From Bryobacterales bacterium (GTDB taxonomy: Bacteria > Acidobacteriota > Terriglobia > Bryobacterales > Bryobacteraceae): a stretch of DNA of 57,879 nt. Shown here in pieces: positions 42,239 through 50,181 of the stretch (positions are counted from its first letter, which is position 1; each line of letters begins with the position of its first letter). The stretch is taken from contig PMUN01000341.1 of the NCBI GenBank assembly GCA_003166875.1, positions 1 to 57,879 on the forward strand, written 5' to 3'. A model generated the notes under the pieces. The model was not told the origin of the DNA. It searched no databases and worked only from the letters and a program-made list of their open reading frames with translations. The translations under genes and the position numbers were made by a program.

Positions 42239-44668
42239 ATGGCCAGAATCGATCAAGTCGAAGCTTTGTTTCACGAAGCCCGCTCGTTGCCTAATGGCGA
42301 AGACCGCTTGGTTTGGCTCGAAGCCCGTTGCCAGGGGGACGCCGAGCTGATGGAAGAGGTCGCATCTTTGTTGCAAGCGAATGCGGCACTGCGGAATGCC
42401 GCGGCGGTCCCGCCCGCAGCCTTGCTCGCCGTTCCCACCGCCAAGTTCGGCGCATATCGGGCGGTGGAATTGCTTGGACGCGGAGGCATGAGCACCGTCT
42501 ATCGGGCTGAGCGCGCCGATGGCCAGTTTGAACAAACGGTAGCCTTGAAAATCATGGCCGCACACCTGGGCGGACCGGAGTTCCTGCGGCGATTTGAAAT
42601 CGAGCGCCAATTGCTGGCCACACTGAGCCACAACAACATCACGCGGCTGCTGGACGGCGGAGTTTCCTCGACCGGCGATCCGTATCTGATTACCGAGTAC
42701 GTAGAAGGACAGCCGCTGGACCGCTATTCGGACTCACGAAAGCTGGACGTGGACGCCCGTCTAAGTCTGTTCCTGCAGGTCCTGGAAGCAGTGGACTATG
42801 CGCACCGCAACCTGATTGTGCATCGCGATCTGAAGCCTGGCAACATCCTGGTAGACACCGAAGGCACGGTGAAGCTGCTGGATTTCGGCACGGCCTCGCT
42901 AATAGCCCGGCCGAGCGACATCACGCTAACGCGTGTCCGCATGCTCACTCCCCGTTACGCCAGTCCGGAACAACTGAAGGGCGAACGGCTCAACATCGCT
43001 ACCGACATCTATTCGCTGGGTGTGGTTCTCTATGAGCTGTTGTGCGGGGGCTGGCCGTTTGGCGATCCTAACTCGGTATTGAGCGAGCTGAATCGCGCCA
43101 CGGGAGATGTGGTCCCAACGCCGCCCGCAACGGTGCTCACGGAAGAAGCGGCCAGCAGCCGCTCGGCTTCTTACCAAAATCTGCGTGGGCTGCTGAACGG
43201 CGATCTATCCACCATTTTGCTAAAGATGCTGGAGAATGAACCCACCCGGCGGTATGGTTCCGTGCGGCAGGTGGCGGACGATATCGAGCGATATCGCGAT
43301 GGCCGTCCGATTCTGGCGCGGCCTCAAACCGCCTGGTACGCGACGCGCAAGTTCGTGAGCCGGCATTGGCTCGCGGTGTCTGCGGCCTGCGCGGCCGTCC
43401 TGGCGCTGACCGGATTGACCATTTTTTCGCTGCATGAAGCCGCGCAGGCCCGCGAACAAGCTGCGCGCGCGCAACGCGTCAGCGATTTTGCTAAGAATAC
43501 ATTTCTTTCGGCCAGTTCCACCTGGACCAGCCCGTTACGCGGGCAGAGCCGCGCTATCCAGTTCAACGACATTCTCGACAACGCCGCCGAGCGAGTCCCA
43601 CGAGAATTGGCGAACGATCCAGCCGCAGAGGCGGATTTGCTCGGAACGCTGGGAAGTACTTACGCGATTCTGGGAAATCCGGTGAAGGGAGAAGCCTTGA
43701 TACGGCAGGCCCTGGAGGTGCTCAGGCGAGCCTGGGCGGGATCTTCGCGCAAGGCGGCCGACCTTAATGCTGGTCTGTGCAATGCATGCTCCTATCAGGG
43801 TCACTATGCCGAAGCGCTGGTGGCATGCCGTGAGGCCATGGCGCTGGCACGGGTCTACGGCTCAGATATGAGTCTCGGCTCGATCATCAACAATACTGCA
43901 TTCATGGCGGCGAAAAGCGGGGCTCCTTTGGAAGAAGCCGAGAAGCTTTTCCGGGAGGCAGCGGCGAACGGCCCAACCCAGCCAGACCAGGCGAAGCTGT
44001 GGCCGGCGATTAATAACACCCGCATTGGAGCGCTGCGTCTGCGCCTTGGCGACTTAACGGAAGGCGAACGGCTGCTCGGAGAATCTGAGCGGATCTTACG
44101 CGCTGAACCCGGTCCGCCGATCGAGATCCTGCCTACGCTGGACGGGCTGGCTGTGGGCGCGAGGATTCGGGGAGACTATGCCGAAGCCATGCGTCGGCTC
44201 CAAGAAGCGCTCGATCTTCTGAATCAGCGGCCGACCGCGTATATGGGGAGCGGCGGCCAACTGGAGATCGAGCTCGCCGCGGACGAAGCGCTCGCCGGCA
44301 AGCCACACGCGTTGGCTCGTCTCGAAAGGGTGAGCGCGCAAGTCCGGGCCGATTCGACCGCGCCGACGGATCAAGTCCGGTTCCATCTGCTGTCAGGAAT
44401 CGTGGAGGCGGCCAGCGGCTCGTACGACTCCGCCGAGCGCGACCTCCGAGCTGCATTGGAAACGAGCGAGAAGGAACTGCCTCGCCAACCGGCGGATCGA
44501 GTCGAGATCTATTTGCGACTCGCCAAGTTGCTGGCGGTTTCACATCGGGAGCAAGAGTCTTCTGATGTGGCGCGCCAAGGCTTGCGATGCGCCGAGTCGA
44601 GCTACGGCAAGTTCTTCGCGCAACACCCGTTTGTTGCGGAATTACGGAGTATCATGCATGCCTACTAA
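42239..44668 (+). CDS. Ser/Thr protein kinase with N-terminal helical extension, one TM and a C-terminal TPR-like region
   Basis: 809 aa. GRGGMSTVY, VALKIM, HRDLKPGNIL, DFG, SPEQ. TM WLAVSAACAAVLALTGLTIF. Helical repeats after the TM. Confidence 0.9.
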   Translation: MARIDQVEALFHEARSLPNGEDRLVWLEARCQGDAELMEEVASLLQANAALRNAAAVPPAALLAVPTAKFGAYRAVELLGRGGMSTVYRAERADGQFEQTVALKIMAAHLGGPEFLRRFEIERQLLATLSHNNITRLLDGGVSSTGDPYLITEYVEGQPLDRYSDSRKLDVDARLSLFLQVLEAVDYAHRNLIVHRDLKPGNILVDTEGTVKLLDFGTASLIARPSDITLTRVRMLTPRYASPEQLKGERLNIATDIYSLGVVLYELLCGGWPFGDPNSVLSELNRATGDVVPTPPATVLTEEAASSRSASYQNLRGLLNGDLSTILLKMLENEPTRRYGSVRQVADDIERYRDGRPILARPQTAWYATRKFVSRHWLAVSAACAAVLALTGLTIFSLHEAAQAREQAARAQRVSDFAKNTFLSASSTWTSPLRGQSRAIQFNDILDNAAERVPRELANDPAAEADLLGTLGSTYAILGNPVKGEALIRQALEVLRRAWAGSSRKAADLNAGLCNACSYQGHYAEALVACREAMALARVYGSDMSLGSIINNTAFMAAKSGAPLEEAEKLFREAAANGPTQPDQAKLWPAINNTRIGALRLRLGDLTEGERLLGESERILRAEPGPPIEILPTLDGLAVGARIRGDYAEAMRRLQEALDLLNQRPTAYMGSGGQLEIELAADEALAGKPHALARLERVSAQVRADSTAPTDQVRFHLLSGIVEAASGSYDSAERDLRAALETSEKELPRQPADRVEIYLRLAKLLAVSHREQESSDVARQGLRCAESSYGKFFAQHPFVAELRSIMHAY

Positions 44669-45641
44669 TCCCAGCGAGTACATTTGGCCCGGCGTTATTG
44701 CCGCGCAGGCCATGTATACCGCAGCCAAACTGCGCATTCCCGACCTGCTTGCTTCCGGCCCCAAGACCGCCGTCGAGCTGGCGTCTGAATGCGGCGCGCA
44801 CGCACCAACGCTGGAGCGTCTATTGCGCTCTCTTGCTACGCTCGAAATGTTCGCGGCCACACCCGACGGCCGTTTCTCGAACACGCCGCTTACAGAAGCG
44901 CTGCGCGCGGATCATCCCCAATCGCAACGCGACTTCACAATGTTTTTAACCGCACCGTTTCTTTGGCGGCCGCTCGGAGAGCTTTACGAATCGGTTCGCA
45001 CCGGCGAACCCGCGTTCGAACGTATTTTCGGCGAGCGCTTTTTCGAGTACCTGGCCTCGCATGCGGAGGACGCGGCACTGTTCAATGCTGTCATGACGCA
45101 GGGCACCCAATGGAGCAGCCAGGCGCTGCCGGCCGCCTATGACTTCTCGCGCTTCGAGCGATTAGTGGACGTGGGAGGCGGAGAGGGCGGGCTGCTACGA
45201 GGCATTCTTGAAGCTACGCCGCGGCTCCACGGGGTCCTTTTCGATCTGCCCTCGGTGGTAGCGGGGGCTGCAAGCATCTTGAAAGGCGAAATCGCGGAAC
45301 GCTGTCAGATCGTGGGTGGCGACTTCTTTGAATCCGTGCCGGAAGGCGCCGACGCATATTTGATGAAGGGCATCATACACGATTGGCCGGACGATGATGC
45401 CGCCAAGATTCTGCGCAACGCGCGCCGCGCCATCCGCCCCGGCGGCACGCTGCTTTTGTGCGAGAGCACAGTTGATTCGTCCTCATATCCAGCCGGTCTT
45501 ATGGAACTGCTGATGTTGGTGCTCGGCGGGCGCGAACGCAGTGAAGCGGAGTTTCGCGCGCTGCTGGCTGCTACGGGCTTCTCACTGACTCGCGTGATCC
45601 CAACGGAAATGCATTCGCTGATCGAGTGCCATCCGGTGTAG
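44658..45641 (+). CDS. SAM-dependent O-methyltransferase (COMT/Methyltransf_2-like with dimerisation domain)
   Basis: ORF from 44565. ATG 44658 (MPTNPSEYIWPGV) overlaps the kinase end by 11 nt. Motif I LVDVGGGEGGLL. Confidence 0.85.
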   Translation: MPTNPSEYIWPGVIAAQAMYTAAKLRIPDLLASGPKTAVELASECGAHAPTLERLLRSLATLEMFAATPDGRFSNTPLTEALRADHPQSQRDFTMFLTAPFLWRPLGELYESVRTGEPAFERIFGERFFEYLASHAEDAALFNAVMTQGTQWSSQALPAAYDFSRFERLVDVGGGEGGLLRGILEATPRLHGVLFDLPSVVAGAASILKGEIAERCQIVGGDFFESVPEGADAYLMKGIIHDWPDDDAAKILRNARRAIRPGGTLLLCESTVDSSSYPAGLMELLMLVLGGRERSEAEFRALLAATGFSLTRVIPTEMHSLIECHPV

Positions 45642-45644
45642 CGC

Positions 45645-46922
45645 TTACCGGCGTTTGTACGTCACCAGGTCGTCGCCAGCCTCGGAATCCGAATAGGAGA
45701 CGTGGTGCCCGCCGAGGTCTTCGAATTCCGACAGCTTGATACTTGACGAAATGCCATTCGAGATCAAGATTCCACCGCTTGCCAGCATGCGGGCGATGCT
45801 GGTAAGAGCGAGCGTTTGCTCGACACGCGTGTAGTAAGCGAATAGATTGGTTGCCACCACCAGGTCGAATTCCTGACCTGGAATTGTTTCGAGCGTTTGC
45901 GTGACGATATTCAGATCATCCACGGTCATGCGGGCGGTGATTTGGGGTTTCACCGCAACCGCGCGCAGCTCCGTGCCGGAAGGAGCGGCGAGAGGTGCGG
46001 CGGGTGCGCCGATGGTATCTCCGAAATGTTGCCAATAGGAGATTGCAGCGGCATTCCAGCCGGCCGGATGCGGAAGTTGGAGCACGTAGCTGTGCCCGGC
46101 CTGAGCCTTCACCACCGAAGTTCGCAGGTGCGAGACAACTAGCGGATTGAAATCGACCGCCGTGAGTTGGACCTCGGTGGGTGTCGCGACACCCAAGCGC
46201 AGAACAGCTTCGAGTACCGCAAAGGGCTGGATGGATTGCGGAGGACAAAAATCATTGACGTCGGGATCACCCGCCAAATCCAGGCCCGGGCCAATCACAG
46301 CGATGCGCTGGATGTGTGCTGGAAGAGCGCGGCTGCTCTTCAAAGCGCGTAGCGTTTCTTCGATGGCGTAGTTGATGAGCAGTGATGTTTCCGGGGACAC
46401 GCCCACGTCGGCGCGGGCCTGTTTCTTCTTTAAGCCGGCTTCTTCCAGTGCGAAGCGGCGCACAATACCGGAAAGGAAAGCCGGCAGCTCATCCTGCGTG
46501 ACGCGCTGGCGGCGCAGGAATTCGAGGACAATGCGAAACCGCTCGCTGTCGATCTGATCGATGGCTTGGATGAATGCATCCAGGCGCGCGCGGGCGTTGG
46601 CGGTCAAATCTCCGGCGGCATTCACCGCGTCGGCCGCTGCGGCTAACTTAGGCGGTGCAGGAAAGGACGTCCCAAACAGGATGAGCTCGCTGAGCGAATC
46701 TTCAATGCCGTGATCGATGCGGCCACGGATTACCGCGTCACGCTCGCGAATCCAGGTGTCCCAGTCCGTTGCATCTGTGAATTCTGGTAGCTTCTCGGGC
46801 CCTGCGGCAAGAGCTGCGGTGACCGCTTGAACATCGGTCGCGCGTAGAAAACGGACGGGGTTAGTGCCCGCGAATATCCACGCGGACGTCGCTAGACAAA
46901 GGACTGCACACCGGCGGCGCAT
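45645..46922 (-). CDS. Hypothetical protein, possible class I methyltransferase fold
   Basis: ORF to 46973. ATG 46922 is preferred (MRRRCAVLCLATSAWIFAG). IAVIGPGLD and DLVVATNLFAYY...LASGGILI resemble SAM-methyltransferase motifs. Confidence 0.5.
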   Translation of the reverse strand: MRRRCAVLCLATSAWIFAGTNPVRFLRATDVQAVTAALAAGPEKLPEFTDATDWDTWIRERDAVIRGRIDHGIEDSLSELILFGTSFPAPPKLAAAADAVNAAGDLTANARARLDAFIQAIDQIDSERFRIVLEFLRRQRVTQDELPAFLSGIVRRFALEEAGLKKKQARADVGVSPETSLLINYAIEETLRALKSSRALPAHIQRIAVIGPGLDLAGDPDVNDFCPPQSIQPFAVLEAVLRLGVATPTEVQLTAVDFNPLVVSHLRTSVVKAQAGHSYVLQLPHPAGWNAAAISYWQHFGDTIGAPAAPLAAPSGTELRAVAVKPQITARMTVDDLNIVTQTLETIPGQEFDLVVATNLFAYYTRVEQTLALTSIARMLASGGILISNGISSSIKLSEFEDLGGHHVSYSDSEAGDDLVTYKRR

Positions 46923-46955
46923 CGGTATAGCTAGTCTAGCAGTCTGTGGCAAAAA

Positions 46956-47037
46956 CCGACTCCCTCGGCGCAAGGCACCGACTCCCTTACGGTCGCGGCT
47001 CAGCTCCGTTACCGAGCCGCGAGCGTAAGCGACCGGT
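46956..47037. repeat. Palindromic REP-like element (complete copy)
   Basis: ccgactccct appears twice (46956, 46978). Left arm ccgactcccttacggtcgcggctc, loop agctccgttacc, right arm gagccgcgagcgtaagcgaccgg. Confidence 0.7.
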
Positions 47038-47048
47038 TAGACTGTAGG

Positions 47049-48395
47049 TTGCAGATCACAGTGCAAAAGCCTCGCGGGCCGAGGAATCTTCCAATTCTCG
47101 GAAGTCTACCTTCCTTCCGCGCCAGGCCGATCGAGTTCTTATGCGAGACTGCTAAGAAATATGGCGATCTTCCGTATTTCCGGCTGGGTCCGTACGACGC
47201 CTACCTGGTGAACCATCCTGATTTCGTGCGGGACATTTTGGTGACGAATCAGGCCAATTTCACCAAAAGCCGCGCTCTGCAACGCGCGCGGATCCTGCTC
47301 GGCCAGGGCTTGCTGACCAGTGAGGGCAAACTCCACCTGCGCCAGCGCCGCTTAGTCCAACCCGCTTTTCATCGAGACCGGCTGGCGGGATATGCGGCGG
47401 TAATGACCGATTATGCCGTGCGGGTGCGCGAGCGCTGGGAGCCTCAAAGCACGCTGGACATCTCGAACGAAATGATGCGGCTGACGCTCGGGGTGGTTGG
47501 CAAAACACTATTCAGCGCGGATGTGGAATCCGAGGCGCCGGAAATCGGCCAAGCGCTGACCACCGTGCTGAAGATGTTCCGCATGCTGATGATGCCGTTC
47601 TCGGAATATCTGGAGAAACTGCCGCTGCCCTCCATTCGCCGCTTCGAAAAAGCGCGCGACCGCCTGGATCAGACCATCTACGGCCTCATCCGCGACCGGC
47701 GCAAGAGTGGAGAGGATACCGGCGACCTGCTCTCCATGCTTTTGTTGGCGCAGGACGAAGAAGGCGATGGCGCCGGCATGACGGACACACAAGTGCGCGA
47801 CGAAGCGCTGACTCTATTTTTGGCCGGTCACGAGACCACCGCGAATGCGCTCACTTGGACCTGGTACCTGCTGTCGCAGAATCCCGAATGCGAAGCGCGA
47901 CTGCATGAGGAAATCGATTCGGTGCTGAAGGGCCGTGTTCCGCAAATGGCGGACATGCCTCAGCTACGTTACACCGAAATGGTGTTCGCGGAAGCCATGC
48001 GCCTGTATCCGCCTGCGTGGGCCATTGGGCGCATGTCCAAAGAGCCCTTCGAACTGGGAGGCGTCCACATTGCAGCCAAATCGATCTGCATTTTGAGTCC
48101 GTATGTCATGCAACGAGATCCGCGCTGGTTTCCGGATCCCGAACGCTTCGATCCCGAGCGTTGGACGCCGGGGGCACGCGAGGCCCGCCCGAAGTTTTCT
48201 TATTTTCCATTCGGCGGAGGCGCGCGCGTTTGCATCGGCGAACGATTCGCATGGATGGAAGGCGTGCTGATATTAGCGACGCTGGCGCAGAAATGGAAAC
48301 TCCGACTGGCCGAAGGTCAGCGAGTTGAACCGTTACCGCTCATCACCCTTCGGACTAAGTACGGGATGAAAATGCAACTCGTTTCTCGTTTCTAG
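47049..48395 (+). CDS. Cytochrome P450
   Basis: 448 aa. [12 protein letters not shown] (I-helix), EAMRLYPP (ExxR), [16 protein letters not shown] (haem Cys). The TTG start is uncertain. Confidence 0.9.
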   Translation: MQITVQKPRGPRNLPILGSLPSFRARPIEFLCETAKKYGDLPYFRLGPYDAYLVNHPDFVRDILVTNQANFTKSRALQRARILLGQGLLTSEGKLHLRQRRLVQPAFHRDRLAGYAAVMTDYAVRVRERWEPQSTLDISNEMMRLTLGVVGKTLFSADVESEAPEIGQALTTVLKMFRMLMMPFSEYLEKLPLPSIRRFEKARDRLDQTIYGLIRDRRKSGEDTGDLLSMLLLAQDEEGDGAGMTDTQVRDEALTLFLAGHETTANALTWTWYLLSQNPECEARLHEEIDSVLKGRVPQMADMPQLRYTEMVFAEAMRLYPPAWAIGRMSKEPFELGGVHIAAKSICILSPYVMQRDPRWFPDPERFDPERWTPGAREARPKFSYFPFGGGARVCIGERFAWMEGVLILATLAQKWKLRLAEGQRVEPLPLITLRTKYGMKMQLVSRF

Positions 48396-48404
48396 TTTCT
48401 CGTT
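48381..48404. repeat. Second copy of the GTTTCTC heptamer block, embedded in two convergent gene ends
   Basis: gtttctcgtttctagtttctcgtt matches 8582-8605 in 23 of 24 positions. The central CTAG gives TAG stops on both strands. Confidence 0.7.
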
Positions 48405-49039
48405 GGGAGCTTTCGTAGAACGGCTCGTGCTGGGGCGCCGTCGCTTCCCACGATCTTTAGTGGCAAGCAAATCAGTTCGTAAGCTCCTGGCTCCACATGT
48501 TCCAGATTCAAGCCTTCGATTAGCCAGATGCCGGCCGCGAGCAGTGCGCGATGGGTTTCGGCGCTGTCGGTTTCGTAGCCGCCCACCGAGAGATAATCCA
48601 CGCCAACGGTTTGGACTCCACACTTCGCCAAATAGTGGGCGGTTTCTTCCGGGATGTGCACGAACTTTTCCTGGAAGGCGTGGGTTTTCCAGTGGTGCTC
48701 GGAGTTCTTGGTCCTGAAGAGAACGCGCTCGCCCTTTTGCAGATGATGAGGCTCGAGCTCCTGCACTTGAATTAACTCGGGATGTTGAATGGCGATCACT
48801 CGCGCGGGGCCGATGGTTGCTTCGATTGGCATGGTCTCCATGCCCTTCCCGTCGGCTAGGAAATGGCGCGGCGCGTCCATATGAGTGCCGATGTGCGCGC
48901 TGGTCGAGATTTGCGAGAGATTGCAGACGTCGCCGTTCGAGATGTGTAGTGTCTGCAGGCGGTGGAACGGAGCGTCGCCCGGCCAGTACACCATGTCGTT
49001 GCGCAGCGGGATGGAGACATCGATAAACTCGCGACTCAT
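48392..49039 (-). CDS. Cyclase-family protein (kynurenine formamidase-like)
   Basis: 215 aa. IDVSIPL...GTHMDAPRHF...VGVDYLS. Confidence 0.85.
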   Translation of the reverse strand: MSREFIDVSIPLRNDMVYWPGDAPFHRLQTLHISNGDVCNLSQISTSAHIGTHMDAPRHFLADGKGMETMPIEATIGPARVIAIQHPELIQVQELEPHHLQKGERVLFRTKNSEHHWKTHAFQEKFVHIPEETAHYLAKCGVQTVGVDYLSVGGYETDSAETHRALLAAGIWLIEGLNLEHVEPGAYELICLPLKIVGSDGAPARAVLRKLPTRN

Positions 49040-50151
49040 GACGCCACCACCACAACGTTTTTAATACCGCCGGCGTCGTTTGAAAGCGGCAGGAGCGCAT
49101 GCTCGATGGGAAAGCGCGCGGTGATTAGCGAGCGGACCGCGTCCGGCCATTTTTGGACGAACGTGCCGAGATCGCGGATGGCCGCCTGAAAAGAGTGCGG
49201 CGGAGCATTCACGCTGCCCAGGATCACCTGGTTCTTCAATACGACATCTTTCATGATGTAATCCGTGTCCACTTCTAGCGGTCCTTTCCTGCCGGGCACG
49301 CCCGTAAAGATGAAAACCCCGTTGGGGCCAAGATGCTGGATAACGTCGAATGCCACACCCGAGGCGCCCACCGCTTCATACACAACGTCGATCGATCCGA
49401 CGGCGATGGCCAACTCGTCCACCGAGTGCGTCTCGGCGGCGATGTAGCGCGCGCCTATGGTGCTGACGATGGGGTTGTTCTCATCGTGCGTGCGCGATCG
49501 AGAATAAACTGTGACATCGAAACCCGCGATACGCAACGCCATCGCGCCCAGCAGCCCCACCGGGCCCGCGCCCAGCACCACCGCGCGATGACAATGCTCG
49601 CGAAGTTTGCCAGGTTCCACCGGACAAGCCCACGGCAATCGCTGCTGGATCAGCCAGAGCTGTTCGAGCGATTTTTCCGCGATGGTGAGCGGTTCTACTA
49701 AGACGCCCACGTCCCGTAGCGCGCGCGGGACAGCGTTAATGTAGCACTCCTCCTCGATTACAAATTCAGTCATGAAGCCATGCTGCTGCTTGATGCCGCG
49801 CTCGGTGAAATCGCCGGTGTAGCAGAAATCTTGGCGGCCATCGCGGCAGGCAACACACTCGGGATGCGGGCACGGACGCCGGACCGTCATCACCACCAGC
49901 TCGCCCGGCTTCACTTTGGAGACTTTTGATCCGGCCTCCACCACTTCGCCCAGCGATTCGTGGCCGAGGATCAGGTAGTCGAATCCATCGGGCGGCGTGC
50001 CGTACTCGAACGATATGATCTCTCGGTCGGTGCCGCAGACGCCGACATCCAGCATCTTTATCTTGGCCTGGGTGGGCGAAGCAAGCTGCGGTTCGGGATG
50101 ATCGATCACCCGTACTTCGTGTTTGCCGGGGAAGACGGCGACGGCTTTCAT
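49036..50151 (-). CDS. Zn-dependent medium-chain dehydrogenase (glucose/alcohol dehydrogenase family)
   Basis: 371 aa. VGVCGTDREI, GHESLGEV, Cys-rich structural Zn loop CPHPECVACRDGRQDFC, NAD(P) motif VLGAGPVG. Confidence 0.9.
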   Translation of the reverse strand: MKAVAVFPGKHEVRVIDHPEPQLASPTQAKIKMLDVGVCGTDREIISFEYGTPPDGFDYLILGHESLGEVVEAGSKVSKVKPGELVVMTVRRPCPHPECVACRDGRQDFCYTGDFTERGIKQQHGFMTEFVIEEECYINAVPRALRDVGVLVEPLTIAEKSLEQLWLIQQRLPWACPVEPGKLREHCHRAVVLGAGPVGLLGAMALRIAGFDVTVYSRSRTHDENNPIVSTIGARYIAAETHSVDELAIAVGSIDVVYEAVGASGVAFDVIQHLGPNGVFIFTGVPGRKGPLEVDTDYIMKDVVLKNQVILGSVNAPPHSFQAAIRDLGTFVQKWPDAVRSLITARFPIEHALLPLSNDAGGIKNVVVVAS

Positions 50152-50181
50152 TCAATTCAGAATACTAGGTATCCGAGGCTG

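Noticed and set aside
48333-49100. 255-aa minus-strand ORF in another frame over the cyclase gene
   Set aside because: The cyclase frame has the family motifs. This frame is R/S/P-rich.
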